Assembly (NCBI GenBank): GCA_963719315.1
Contig: CAVRBU010000002.1
Span: 1,472,001-1,536,000, forward strand
Direction of reading: 5' to 3'
Length of the DNA: 64,000 nt
Source of the DNA: an uncultured Planctomycetota bacterium
GTDB taxonomy: Bacteria > Planctomycetota > Planctomycetia > Pirellulales > Lacipirellulaceae
Each line of letters opens with the position of its first letter. Within the stretch, counting starts at the first letter, position 1. Positions 40,994 through 52,700 of the stretch are shown in pieces. Made by a program: the position numbers and the translations under genes. The notes beneath the pieces are model-generated. The model was not told the origin of the DNA, did no database searches, and was given only the letters and a program-made list of their open reading frames with translations.

Positions 40994-42409
40994 TTAAGCA
41001 TCCGCTGTAACGCGCTCGGCCGCTCGGCCGTCGGATTGCTTGGCGGGCTTTTCAGGCTCGCTCGCGATGTCGTCGCGCACATCGGCTGGGTGCCGTCGTC
41101 GCAGATAGAGTTTGATCGGCACCTCGTGGAACTCCAACTCGTCGCGGAACTTGCCCAATAGGTAGCGCTGATAGGGCTTCGATATTAGCGCAGGCTCGTT
41201 TACGAACAGCACGATTGTCGGCGGTTGGATGCCGACTTGAGTGGCATAGTAAATCTTCGGTTGACGGTTCTGGGCAGACGGCGGAGCGTTTTGCCGCACG
41301 GCTTCGCGGAGCATGCGATTGAGTTGCCCCGTCGTCACGCGCGCTCGCGACTGCTTGAACAACATTTGGCCGTGGTTGATGAGGGCCTTCATGTTCTTGC
41401 CCGTTTGGCCAGTGATAAACGCGATCGGCACATAGTGCATCGTGCCGAACGCATCCTGTAGGTAGCGAACCCATTTGCCGGTGGGCATTGTGTTCACCAA
41501 CTGGTCCCACTTGTTGACGACGAACACGCACGGCTTGAACTGCTGGGCGATGTAATCGCACAACTGCTTGTCGACTTTGCTGATTCGCTGCGTGGCGTCG
41601 AAGAACAGGAAGACAACGTCCGCCCGGCGGATGCTTCGCTGGGCGCGATGCGTGCCGTAGAAATCAATATCGGTCTGCCGGCTTTTTGCACGCCGGATGC
41701 CTGGAGTGTCGATCGCGACAAATGGTTTGCCGTCGAGCTCGAATCGCACGTCTACGCTGTCGCGTGTGGTGCCGGGCACCTCGCTCACGATCATCCGCGG
41801 GGCGCTCACAAGCGTGTTGATGAACGTGCTCTTACCGACATTCCGCCGACCGACGATCGCTACCCTCATCTCTGGTTCGATGGCGCCCTCCGCCGCTTCG
41901 TCCTCCAGCGGTGGTGGCAGCTTCGACACGATCATATTGAGAAGGACAGCGCGGTTGCGATTTTGCAACGTACTGATTCGCAGCGGCTTGCCGGCGCCGA
42001 GCCGGTAAAACTCGTCGGCCTGCAATTCAATTCGTTCGTCGTCGGCCTTGTTGGCGATCAAGATGATGGGCGCTTGCACAGATCGCAGCCGGCGAGCAAC
42101 TTCCTGATCGAGCGGCAACATTCCCTCGCGGGTGTCGACGACGAACAAAATAACGTCGGCCGAGTCGATCGCCAGGTTGATCTGGTCTTCGATGTGGCGC
42201 GTTAAATTGTCCATGTCGGCGATGCCCATGCCGCCCGTGTCGACGAGCTCAAAGAAGCGGTCGTCGTGGCACATCAGGTGCGTGAGACGATCGCGCGTGA
42301 CGCCCGGATGGTCGTCGACAACGGCGATTCGTACCCCGGCGAGCCAATTCAGCACGCTGCTCTTGCCGACGTTGGGGCGGCCGACGATAACGACTTGAGG
42401 TACGCTCAT
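40994..42409 (-). CDS. der: ribosome biogenesis GTPase Der (EngA)
   Basis: Two GTPase domains (GRPNVGKS..DTGG..NKAD; GRRNVGKS..DTPG..NKWD) plus KH-like C-terminus. Confidence 0.97.
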   Translation of the reverse strand: MSVPQVVIVGRPNVGKSSVLNWLAGVRIAVVDDHPGVTRDRLTHLMCHDDRFFELVDTGGMGIADMDNLTRHIEDQINLAIDSADVILFVVDTREGMLPLDQEVARRLRSVQAPIILIANKADDERIELQADEFYRLGAGKPLRISTLQNRNRAVLLNMIVSKLPPPLEDEAAEGAIEPEMRVAIVGRRNVGKSTFINTLVSAPRMIVSEVPGTTRDSVDVRFELDGKPFVAIDTPGIRRAKSRQTDIDFYGTHRAQRSIRRADVVFLFFDATQRISKVDKQLCDYIAQQFKPCVFVVNKWDQLVNTMPTGKWVRYLQDAFGTMHYVPIAFITGQTGKNMKALINHGQMLFKQSRARVTTGQLNRMLREAVRQNAPPSAQNRQPKIYYATQVGIQPPTIVLFVNEPALISKPYQRYLLGKFRDELEFHEVPIKLYLRRRHPADVRDDIASEPEKPAKQSDGRAAERVTADA

Positions 42410-42811
42410 ATGAACACGTTCTCAATGCGCTCAACGCGTGGAGCGATTCAGACGCCGGCTCAGCGCGATGGCATCAACCCTTCGTCGGCCGGATACGGCC
42501 TCCCACAGCCTTCAGACGTTCGGCTCGGCGAAGTAGCGGGTGGAACCGCCCACCTGGTCCCTGAGGAAGTTCCTTGCTCCTCAGGAACTATCATACTTGA
42601 GCGCGGGGCAGGGGAGTAGCCGCCAGCGGCCAGCCGAAATACGAAGGTGATTGCACAGCAATCGGTTGCGACCGCGAAAATCTTGCGCGGCCGCCCCTTT
42701 GCTGCGGGGACAACTTGCCTACACTGGCAGCACAGTGCGTCAGGTCTTCCGGCCTGAAATAAGCCCTTTTCGTCGGGCTTGCACGCCCGACCGCGGATAG
42801 TTTGCCCCATC

Positions 42812-43643
42812 ATGCACTTAAACAGCCGACAACGACTGCGTCGCGATATTGCGGACCATTTGGAAAGCCTGCACCAGGCCGGAGTGCTGCAATTGCCAAA
42901 ACCAAGTAAATCCGCATCTATGATAGGTGAGCCAGTTGCCGCAATGAATGAATCGACTGCGATTGGTCCGGCGACGATGACAACGGAGGCTGGATTCTCA
43001 ATGCCCAAGAAAACTACTTGGCGGCCACAGAATCCAAAGTCGCTATTCGAAGTGCCGGGTGTCGGCCCGCAGCAGGGGGCTGCATCGCGCCGTCGTTGGA
43101 GGTTCTTCAACAGCAAGTAGCCGTATGTACGCGCTGCAGTGAGTTAGCAAGCACGCGCACTCAAACCGTGTTTGGCGCGGGTGATCCAAACGCCCGATTG
43201 TGCTTATTGGGGGAAGCGCCGGCGCGGACGAAGATAGAACCGGCATTCCATTCGTCGGCCGCGGCGGCCAACTACTCACGAAAATCATTGAAGCATGCCA
43301 ACTGAAGCGGGAGGACGTTTACATCCTGAACATGCTCAAGTGTCGGCCGCCCGGAAATCGCAACCCGCTGCCAAACGAGCTTGCCAATTGCCGCGGTTAT
43401 CTCGAAAATCAACTCGATCTCATTCGGCCGGAGTTCATCTGCTGCCTCGGCGCCGTGGCTTCCAAAAATCTGCTGGGAACCAGCGTGTCGATCGGCAAGC
43501 TCCGAGGCAAGGTTCATTTGTTTCGTGGCGTGAAAGTCGTGTGCACATATCATCCCGCATTTCTGCTTCGTAGCCCGTCGTTCAAAAAGGAAACCTGGGA
43601 GGATATGAAGCTACTAATGCGCGAGATGGGCGTTGAACTATAG
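42812..43643 (+). CDS. uracil-DNA glycosylase family 4 (frameshifts near 43085 and 43220)
   Basis: CTRC..L..TRTQTVFG, GEAP/GADED..GIPFVG, KCRPPGNRNP, YHPAFLLR spread over three frames. Confidence 0.88.
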
Positions 43644-43709
43644 GCCAGACTGTGACGGACGCAGCCGCCAATTCGTCAGGTAAAGCATGACCTATACGCT
43701 TACGAAACC

Positions 43710-45017
43710 ATGTTTTGGGAAATCCTTTTCATCCTGATCTTGATTCTGGCAAACGGCTTGTTCGCCGCGGCAGAGATCTCTTTCATTGCCGCCCGCAAAG
43801 GCCGACTCGAGCAGCGCGCCGAAGAGGGCAGCCGGAACGCGATGTGGGCGCTCGAATTGGCCCGCAATCCGGACTTGTTCCTGCCGATCGCTCAAATCGG
43901 CATGACACTTGTCGGCGCGTTGGCCGCTGCGTACGGCGGTCATCAGATCGTGGAAGAAATCAGTGCCGCATTTGCTAAATCGAATTGGCCGGTGATTTCC
44001 CAACATGCGGACGGTGCCGCACTTGGCCTGTTCGTCGTCTGTTACACCTATGCCACGCTCATCCTTGGTGAACTCGTTCCCAAACGAGTGTCTTTGCACC
44101 GGGCCGAAGGATTGGCTATTTTCCTGGCCCCCTTCGTGCATTTCATTTCGGTGGCGGCCCGGCCGTTCGTCTGGTTTATGGGGCTATCCACCAGCACGGT
44201 CTTATGGGCCCTGCGGCTGCACTCGACAGGCGAGCCTTCCGTTTCATTGGACGACATTGAGCACATGATCGATACTGGCACCGAAGAAGGTCTCGTCGAG
44301 CCGCTCGAAAAGAGACTGGCTCTCGGCGCACTTCGCCTCGGCGACCGCACCGTCCGCGACATCATGCGGCCACGCATCGACCTGGATGCGATGGATGTCG
44401 ATACTCCGGCCGACGAAATCCTTGGCACCGTGGCGATGGCCGGATTCTCGCGCCTGCCCGTGTACGAGGGCGATCTCGATCACGTGATCGGCTTCGTACA
44501 CATCAAGGACTTGTTCCGACAGCAATACCTGGGCTGGGCCATCGAACTTCGGAAGCTAATGCACCCCGCGCTGTTCGTGCCGGAAAACATGGCGCTCGAC
44601 CGAGTGCTCGAATTGTTTCAAGAAAAGCATAACCAACTAGCGATCGTGCTCAATGAATACGGCGGCACCGAGGGCATGATCACGCTCGAAGATGTCGTAG
44701 AAGAGATCGTCGGTGAGATGCGCGACGAGCACCGCCGGAACGACGAGCAAAAATTCGTCCAGCGCGACGACAAGTCCTGGCTCATCGATGGCGCCGTAAG
44801 CGTTGCCGACATGGTCGATCGCCTCGAGCTTAACCCCACAGACTCCTGGGAAGGCCGCGGTTTCAGCACAATCGCCGGACTGATTCTCGATCGCCTCGGC
44901 CACATCCCGTCGATAGGCGACAAGGCTGAATGGGACAGCCTGCAACTCGAAGTCGTCGATATGGACGGCCAACGCATCGACCGAGTGCTGGTGACCGAAA
45001 AGGCAGAGGGAAACTGA
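43710..45017 (+). CDS. hemolysin family / CorC-type CNNM-CBS transporter-associated protein
   Basis: NGLFAAAEIS, GELVPK, FSRLPVY, EYGG..GMITLEDVVEEIVG, C-terminal CorC domain. Confidence 0.92.
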   Translation: MFWEILFILILILANGLFAAAEISFIAARKGRLEQRAEEGSRNAMWALELARNPDLFLPIAQIGMTLVGALAAAYGGHQIVEEISAAFAKSNWPVISQHADGAALGLFVVCYTYATLILGELVPKRVSLHRAEGLAIFLAPFVHFISVAARPFVWFMGLSTSTVLWALRLHSTGEPSVSLDDIEHMIDTGTEEGLVEPLEKRLALGALRLGDRTVRDIMRPRIDLDAMDVDTPADEILGTVAMAGFSRLPVYEGDLDHVIGFVHIKDLFRQQYLGWAIELRKLMHPALFVPENMALDRVLELFQEKHNQLAIVLNEYGGTEGMITLEDVVEEIVGEMRDEHRRNDEQKFVQRDDKSWLIDGAVSVADMVDRLELNPTDSWEGRGFSTIAGLILDRLGHIPSIGDKAEWDSLQLEVVDMDGQRIDRVLVTEKAEGN

Positions 45018-45344
45018 GCTTCGATCATTTCGCTTCATGGCAAACCGCACGCCAATAGGCCTCCCGTCCACGCTCCTCATCCTCCTTCCCCGATTGCAAT
45101 CGTCCGACTTTAACGAATACGCAGACTCTCTGGCACGACCTTGCCGTGTATGCTGGTCGTGATTCTGCCAGCATAAAAACTCCTGCTTCCCGCAGTGACC
45201 AAACGCTTTTAGTCTCTGTCGCCAGTTGCTAAAGTCAAGATTCCGGAATACATGTCGGCCGATCACAGCGCGTTCTCGAGCTGCGGCCCGGCAGACGAGC
45301 AATTACCCTCTCGTCCCTGCACAATTCGGTTTCAACTCGCATTC

Positions 45345-45914
45345 ATGTTCGTCCCCGAATCCCCCAAGTCGGATGAAGTCGATCACTTGCTGCGCAATGC
45401 TCAGCTTCGCGATGAGTTGGAGCCGCTGTTCGATGAATCGATCGATCGCGTTAATCCGACCGCGATGAGTACTCGCAGCGAGAACGAGTTTCTCGAATCG
45501 ATGCTCGAGTGGGAGCGGGCTCCAATGCTGCCGATCAGCCAGTGGTTCGATCCGCCACTCGCGCTGCCGCACCCCGACCGGCTCGGGCAGCATCAACTCT
45601 CGCTCATCTTGCGAGCGACGATCGATAAGCTGTTCGAAAAACGCGTCGTCCTCGATTTCACCGATCATCTGAGCGACTACCAGCTCTATGGCCTGATCTT
45701 CCGCGATATTTTGCCCTCGCACGAAAAGAAACTCGAGCGCCGCACGAGCTATTTGCATTGGGATTGTGCGAACATCGAAGAGAACCCGGACATCTGGCTC
45801 CGATACTACGCAACGCCCGCTGAGCGAACGATGTGGGCCGAGGAGTACGACCAGCCGCTGCCGCCGCACGATGAGCCGCCGTTCAAGCGCCAAGTGCCGA
45901 GGGCGCCGCTTTAG
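45345..45914 (+). CDS. conserved hypothetical protein
   Basis: Protein-like ORF (ENEFLESMLEWERAP, FTDHLSDYQLY, WLRYYA). Confidence 0.75.
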   Translation: MFVPESPKSDEVDHLLRNAQLRDELEPLFDESIDRVNPTAMSTRSENEFLESMLEWERAPMLPISQWFDPPLALPHPDRLGQHQLSLILRATIDKLFEKRVVLDFTDHLSDYQLYGLIFRDILPSHEKKLERRTSYLHWDCANIEENPDIWLRYYATPAERTMWAEEYDQPLPPHDEPPFKRQVPRAPL

Positions 45915-45928
45915 CCGCTAGCGGCTAA
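45911..45928. terminator. palindrome between convergent genes
   Basis: TTAGCCGCTAGCGGCTAA perfect palindrome. Confidence 0.45.
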
Positions 45929-45936
45929 GCGCCGTT

Positions 45937-47112
45937 TCACAACATCTCTGGCCACATCGCGTCGCACACGAACAGGCCTTCGCGCGTGAGCCGTATCCAA
46001 TCGCCGTCATCGGCCAACAAACCCAGGTCGATGAACTTCTTTAACGGCACGCCCACGATTTCATTCAACTCAAAGGCAGTGCGCTGCCGAAAATCACTTC
46101 GCGACACACCGCCAATTCGCCGCAAGCCGAACACCAACAGCTCGCGGGCCCGCCCTTCCACCGATAACTCCTCCCGTTCTGCTACGGGCGATTCACCCTG
46201 GAGCACATGTTTTAAGTACGCGGTGGTGCTGCGGAGGTTTTTTTCGCGAACGCCGTTAACGTACCGAGCTGCACCGGGGCCGGCGGCGAAGTAGCCGTCG
46301 CCCGACCAATAGACTTGGTTATGCCGCGACCGACGGCCGGGCTGCGCGAAATTCGAGATTTCGTAATGCTCATAGCCGGCTTCCGTCAAGCCATCGATCG
46401 CCGTAGCATACATGTCTCGCTGCAAATCTTCGTCGGGCTCAAGAAGCTCACTTCGCGATTTCCGATTCCAAAACTCGGTGCCCTGTTCGAACGTCAGACC
46501 GTAAGTCGAAACATGGTCCGGCTCGAGCGAGATAGCCGCATCCAAGTCGGCCTTCCATTGCGCGAGCGTTTCTCCCGGCGTCGCGAAGATGAGATCGAGC
46601 GACACCTCCATACCGCCGTCTTTCGCCCATCGCACCGCCCTCTCGATATCGGCATCTCTATGATCGCGCTCCAACAGCCGCAGCTTATCGGCTCGAAACG
46701 ATTGCCCACCCAAACTCAGACGGGTGACGCCAAGCTCAATGAGCGTGTCGATCGTCGCCTGGTTGATATCCGCCGGGTTCGCTTCAACCGTCCATTCGTA
46801 ACCGCTCGACAGTGGATGCCACTTCAAAACGGCTGTCGCCAACTGTCGAAACTGATCTGGTGACAAATGTGTGGGCGTCCCGCCGCCAAAATACAGCGTA
46901 TCGACGACGCGCGGAGTCTCCAGCGTGTTCAACTCCAATTCAATTGCCTGCAGATAGTCGCCAATCAAATCATCGCGCCCGGCGACCAGCGTGAAGTTGC
47001 AATAGCCGCAGCGATGCCGGCAAAACGGCACGTGGATGTACGCTGCCCGAGGCCGTGCATGAACGGCCGGCTGTGCCTCGTTGTTAGATTCGTCGGTCAA
47101 CGATCCGCTCAT
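45937..47112 (-). CDS. hemW: radical SAM heme chaperone HemW
   Basis: YIHVPFCRHRCGYCNF, FGGGTP, EANP, YEISNFA, HNQVYW. Confidence 0.92.
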   Translation of the reverse strand: MSGSLTDESNNEAQPAVHARPRAAYIHVPFCRHRCGYCNFTLVAGRDDLIGDYLQAIELELNTLETPRVVDTLYFGGGTPTHLSPDQFRQLATAVLKWHPLSSGYEWTVEANPADINQATIDTLIELGVTRLSLGGQSFRADKLRLLERDHRDADIERAVRWAKDGGMEVSLDLIFATPGETLAQWKADLDAAISLEPDHVSTYGLTFEQGTEFWNRKSRSELLEPDEDLQRDMYATAIDGLTEAGYEHYEISNFAQPGRRSRHNQVYWSGDGYFAAGPGAARYVNGVREKNLRSTTAYLKHVLQGESPVAEREELSVEGRARELLVFGLRRIGGVSRSDFRQRTAFELNEIVGVPLKKFIDLGLLADDGDWIRLTREGLFVCDAMWPEML

Positions 47113-47174
47113 CCGTTCGATTCTACGAATCGGCCGCTTCCTCTGCTATGATCGGGCGACCGGAGACCACCCCC

Positions 47175-49226
47175 ATGCACGAAGCGCACGAATTCCTCGA
47201 AACATTAGCCATCGTGCTTTGTACCGCCGCCGTCACGACTGTTTTATTCCAGCGTTTGAAGCAGCCGGTTGTGCTCGGCTATCTGCTCGCTGGAATGCTT
47301 GTGGGGCCGCGCGTGCCCGTTCCATTTGAAGCCCAGGCCGATGTCGTCGGCAACCTTGCGGAACTCGGCGTCATACTGCTGATGTTTTCCCTCGGGCTGG
47401 AATTCAGTCTGTCGAAGCTGCTTCGCGTCGGACCCACAGCGGGGTTTGTGGCCGTAATTCAATGCAGCTTGTTGCTCTGGCTCGGTTACACGGTAGGGCA
47501 GCTCTTCGGCTGGTCCAAGTTGGTCAGCTTTTACGCCGGCGCCGTGGTCTGCATCCCCAGTACGACCATTGTCGTCAAGGCCTTCCAAGAGGAAGGAATC
47601 GTGGGCGAATTCAAGCACCTCGTTTACGGCATCCTCATCGTGGAAGACTTGATTGCCATTCTGCTAATTACGATTCTTATCCCCATTTCCAGCGGCGAAG
47701 AACTGACTGCCCTGGAACTCGCCACGACTGCCGGCCGACTGGCTGCGTTTCTCGTTGCGCTCATCGTCGTGGGGATGCTGACCGTTCCTCGCTTGATTCG
47801 ACTTGTCGTGCGGCTCGATCGGGCGGAGACGACCGTTGTTGCCAGCGTCGGTCTTGCGTTTGGGCTGGCGTTGCTGGCGCGATTGTTCAATTACTCGGTG
47901 GCACTCGGAGCGTTTCTCGCCGGAGCGCTCGTTGCCGAGTCGGGCGTCGAAAGGAAGGTCGAGCACCTCGTGCAACCCGTGCGCGATATATTCGCCGCGA
48001 TCTTCTTTGTTTCTGTCGGCATGTTGATCGACCCGGCCCAAATCATGTCCCACTGGCCGATCGTCGCCACGTTTCTTGCGATTGTCGTGTTGGGCAATAT
48101 CTTCGCCGTCACAGTGGGCTCATTCTTGATCGGCGAGAGTATCCAGAACGCGCTGAAAACCGGCATGAGTCTGGCTCAAATCGGTGAGTTCTCGTTCATT
48201 ATCGCCGGCGTCGGCATCGCCACCGGCGCGACCGACAACCTGCTGTATTCGGTGGCCGTTGCCGTTTCGGGCATCACGACGCTGCTGACGCCCTGGTTGA
48301 TCCGAGCCGCCGAACCCACTGCCGCCTGGGTCGATCGCAAGCTACCCCGCTCGCTGCAAACCTTTGCCGCACTGTACTCCTCGTGGCTGGAGCAGTTGAG
48401 TTCACGGCGGGCAGAGGGTGACTCTGCCACAGTTCGCCGCTCGATCCGCTGGCTGATTGTCGATGCGGTTGTCGCCGCCGCCATCGTGATTGGCGCTTCC
48501 GTCGAGATGGAACGAATCACCGATTGGATCGCGTCCCACTGGCGTCTGCCTGAATCAAACACGCGACTGGCCGTCATCGCTGGAGCGGCCGCGCTTTCGG
48601 CGCCGTTTTGGGTGGGGGCGATTCGCGTTGCCCGTTACTTGGGCTTCGAGCTCGCGACGCGCGTGTTTCCGGCCGCCGGGGGCCAGCAGCTCGATTTGGC
48701 CGCCGCCCCGCGGCGACTGCTCACGGTCACGCTACAGTTGGCGATCGTACTCGCCGTTGGCATTCCGCTCGTGGCACTCACGCAGCCATTTGTGCCGCCG
48801 TTACGCGGTGCCGCCGTGCTGCTGCTCGTAATTGCAATGTTGGCCGTCGTCTTCTGGCGCCGCGCAGCCAACCTTCAAGGCCACGCCCGGGCCGGCGCCC
48901 AGGCGCTGGCCGACACGTTGGTCCGGCAAATGCACACCGGCCGTTCCGCGGGCTTGGAACACTCACTGGACGATGCCAACCGCATTCTCACCGGCCTGGG
49001 GTCGCCGACACCCGTCGAAATTCGCCCTGGCAACCCGAATGTAGGAAAAACGCTCGCCGAGATCAAACTCCGCGGCCTGACCGGCGCAACCGTGCTGGCC
49101 ATTCAACGCGGCGACGAGTCGGTAATCATTCCCAGCGGCCACGACCGCCTCGAAGCTGGCGACATCCTCGCACTCGCCGGCACGCACGAGGCTGTGGAAG
49201 CTGCCAAAGAACTTCTGACTGCCTAA
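47175..49226 (+). CDS. CPA2-family cation:proton antiporter with RCK-C domain
   Basis: LGYLLAG, GVILLMFSLGLEFS, FFVSVGM, QIGEFSF; C-terminal TrkA-C (GKTLAEIKLR..TGATVLAIQR). Confidence 0.92.
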   Translation: MHEAHEFLETLAIVLCTAAVTTVLFQRLKQPVVLGYLLAGMLVGPRVPVPFEAQADVVGNLAELGVILLMFSLGLEFSLSKLLRVGPTAGFVAVIQCSLLLWLGYTVGQLFGWSKLVSFYAGAVVCIPSTTIVVKAFQEEGIVGEFKHLVYGILIVEDLIAILLITILIPISSGEELTALELATTAGRLAAFLVALIVVGMLTVPRLIRLVVRLDRAETTVVASVGLAFGLALLARLFNYSVALGAFLAGALVAESGVERKVEHLVQPVRDIFAAIFFVSVGMLIDPAQIMSHWPIVATFLAIVVLGNIFAVTVGSFLIGESIQNALKTGMSLAQIGEFSFIIAGVGIATGATDNLLYSVAVAVSGITTLLTPWLIRAAEPTAAWVDRKLPRSLQTFAALYSSWLEQLSSRRAEGDSATVRRSIRWLIVDAVVAAAIVIGASVEMERITDWIASHWRLPESNTRLAVIAGAAALSAPFWVGAIRVARYLGFELATRVFPAAGGQQLDLAAAPRRLLTVTLQLAIVLAVGIPLVALTQPFVPPLRGAAVLLLVIAMLAVVFWRRAANLQGHARAGAQALADTLVRQMHTGRSAGLEHSLDDANRILTGLGSPTPVEIRPGNPNVGKTLAEIKLRGLTGATVLAIQRGDESVIIPSGHDRLEAGDILALAGTHEAVEAAKELLTA

Positions 49227-49741
49227 AGGGATTGCACACAAAGATAGCTCCCTTCTGCTGGTAGCGACGATCCATCCCGGCCCGAACTTTGGTCGACACC
49301 GAAAATGTTTCTGGAAGGAACGCCCATTCACGAACATATCGCGAAGGGCCATTCGAGTGACCTGACAGCGAAGCGGAGAATCTTTGATTGCAAATGGTAC
49401 TCGGCCGCTCAGAACTCCCCTGAAATACTTGGAACCGACAAACTTGCCTGCCAGAATGCACGCTTCTTTCCAATTGCAATCTCCTTGTATGAAATCGAGT
49501 TCATCAAGCAGCAGGACGTTGACTCGAAAAGAACGGCACAGTAGCAAGCACGTGTGAAAATCGGATTGACCCTCGTTCAGACAAAAGCAGCCAATGACTT
49601 GAGTGGAAGTGGTGAATATACTAAATGGCCGGGCATCGAATGGCAGGTATCTTACCCACCCCGCCTCCACAACGTGCAACGTCACAAGTAGGTTGAACAG
49701 TGACCAATCCTGGTAATTGCGATTGATCTCGGTCCTCTGTT

Positions 49742-52700
49742 GTGGCGAACGCGCATCTCGCCTCTGAACTTCGACCTCACATGGTTCGCATCATGATTCT
49801 TCGGTCCTACGTTCAATGGAATTCTTTCGCGATCGCCCAACGCCGGGTGCGAATCGCCGTTTGTATTTGTCTCGTCGCTTCCGCAGCCTTCGCCGCCGAA
49901 TCGTCAAAGGAGCAAAGCTGGACGCCCCTATTCAACGGCCGCAATCTTGACGGTTGGTACAAGTACCTGGATCGCATCGGCAAGAATAGTGATCCGAATC
50001 ACGTGTTTCAAATCGAGGATGGCGCGATTCACGTGTACAAGGATCAAACTGCCGACAAGGCCGCCACAAAGGGGTACTTCGCCACGGACGCGAATTACTC
50101 GTACTACCACCTGCGATTCCAATACAAATGGGGAACCAAGAAGTTCCCTCCTCGAACTGAGACAAAGCGCGATGCCGGATTGATTTACCACGTCACAGGG
50201 CCAGATGTCGTCTGGCCGCGGTGCCTCGAATGCCAGGTACAAGAGGGAGACGTTGGCGATTGCTTTCTGGTCCATGGGGCACAGGTGGAAGCGTCGATCC
50301 TCCCCAATCCGGTTGTCAAGGACCAATATCAGTGCCGCCCTGCCAACGAAGGCGGCGTTGAGAAGACGGTCAGCAGCTTGCGCACAACGCGACTCATCAA
50401 GGAAGGCATGTTCGAAGTGGATGGTTGGAACACCGTGGAAGTGATCGTTCACGGCGACGAAGAAACCATGCACATAGTCAATGGACACCCGGTATTTCAC
50501 GCCAAGAAACTCGCCAGGCTTGGCGCGGACAATAATAGCTGGGAACCGCTTCCGGCAGGACATATTGCTTTCCAAGCCGAGTACGCCGAAGTGTATTATC
50601 GAAACATCGAAATCCAGCCAATCACAGGCGGGCCTTTGCACCCAGCGGCGAGCGAGAAGGAGACCTCGGCCAAAGCTGCAATTTCTGCCCTGCCCACGAC
50701 AGCAAACAGTCCAGTTGCCCATCTGCCTATAGTCCCCGAGGGGTTCGAGATTTCGCTTGCCGCTGCGCCGCCGTTGGTGGAGTATCCAACGCTGGCTTGT
50801 TTCGACGATCAGGGCCGGCTATACGTCAGCGAAGGTGCCAACATCAACGACCCTTACGATGTGCTCGCCAAGACCTTGCCGCGATCGATTCGCCGGCTCG
50901 AGGATACCGACGGCGACGGCGTGTTCGATCGATCCACCGTGTTTGCCGATAAAATGACCTTTCCTTATGGTGGCGTGTGGCACGATGGTGCGCTCTACGT
51001 GGCTTCCGATCCCACGCTGTGGCGCCTTGAAGACACCGATGGCGACGGAGTGGCCGATATGCGAGAAGTCGTAATTACTGGATTTGAATCGGGCGGACAC
51101 GCTTCCTGCATGAAAGGCGGTTTCCTCGGGCCCGACGGCTGGATTTATTTCTGCGGCGGCAACGAGGGTGCGGGCTACGATCTGAAAGATCGCAGCGGCA
51201 CGCGATTGCACGAACCACATGCCGCCCCTTGCGTCTTTCGAATTCGACCCGATGGCACGGGGTTGGAGTTCTTCGCCAACGGTGCGGCCGGTGTCTACGA
51301 CCTGACGTTCGATCCCAGCGGCGATCTGTTCGGCGTCGTTACGATCTTACATTATCCACGCGGCGATGGCTTGATGCATTGGGTGTACGGCGCCTATCAA
51401 TCCAGTTGTCCCCGCTCAAGTTTTGCGCGGCTGACCGGCGACCTTCTGCCCGCGCTGCACGAGTGGCCTCAATCGTCTCCGTCTGGTGCCGTGTTGTATC
51501 AAAGCGGCGCGTTCGGCAAGGAGTACCGCGGCAACATCTTCGCGGCCCATTTCGGCACGCACGTGGTCACGCGTAACGTCATTCACCGCGAGGGCGCGAC
51601 CTGGCGCATGGACCAGGAGGATAATTTCGTGCAGAGCGACAATTTGAACTTCCGTTTTACCGACGTGCTCGAAGACGCCGATGGTAGCTTACTCGTCGTG
51701 AATACGGGCGGCTGGTTTCGCATCGGCTGCCCGACTTCCGAAGTGGATGAAGGCGATCTGCGCGGCGCGATTTACCGGGTCCGCAAGAAAGACCAACATC
51801 AACTGGCGGACCCGCGCGGTTTGAAAATCGGCTGGAAGCAACTTACCGACGCGGAATTGGCCAAACTCTTGGGTGATCAACGTTTCGTCGTCAGAGAGCG
51901 GGCGACCGCGGAATTTGCCCTCCGCGGTCCAGCGAGTGTGCCGGCCTTGCGGTCGGCCCTGCATAGCGAATCCTCAGAGTTGCGCCTTAATGCGGTCTGG
52001 GCGCTCACGCGCATCGACCATGCCGAAGCCCGGGCAGCTGTCCGCGAGTCGCTCTCCGACCCGGAGCTCACCAACATGCTTGCCGCGCTACACAGCGTCG
52101 GCATTTGGCGCGACCAGGCGGCGTTCGATCGGCTGGTCGAACTGTTGAAATCCAACGAGCCGGCGATCCGCCGCGAAGCGGCCACGTCGCTGGGCCGCCT
52201 CGGTAACTCCGCCTGCGTACCGGCTCTGCTTGAACCGCTGGCCACCACGTCAGACCGCTACCTGGAACAAGCACTTATCTTTGCGATGATCGAAATCGAC
52301 GCGCGCGAACCCGTACTTGCCGGGCTACACGGCAGCAATCCGAAGATCCAACGCGGGACGCTCATTGCCCTGGATCAAATGTCGCACGGAGCCCTCACGG
52401 AAGTGGATGTGGCGCCTTTGCTGCGCTCAGAAGACCTCCCGCTTCAAAAAGCGGCGTTGGACGTTGTCGCCCGCCACGCGGGTTGGACTAAAGGCGTAGC
52501 CGAGTTTCTCAACGAACGGCTCACAGGGCCCGCGCTGTCACCGGAACAAGGAGAATTGGTGTCGGCTGCGTTGCATAGCGCCATCGGCGATCGGTCGGTG
52601 CAGCAGCTCGTCGGCGCAATGCTAGAAAATGCAAACTCGCCAACCGACTCCCAGTTGCTGTTGCTCGAAGCGATCGGCCGCAGCCGATTGAAAAAACTGC

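Noticed and set aside
42440..42600. Structured RNA or riboswitch upstream of der
   Set aside because: Only short hairpins (e.g. CCTGAGGA/TCCTCAGG); no recognisable family motif.
45131..45146. Sigma-54 promoter TGGCACGACCTTGC
   Set aside because: GG-to-GC spacing is 9 nt rather than the required 10; cannot be supported unless an indel error is shown.
48963..49685. ORFs between the antiporter and the PVC fusion gene
   Set aside because: No recognisable motifs, atypical composition, and overlap with the antiporter; possibly decayed DNA.
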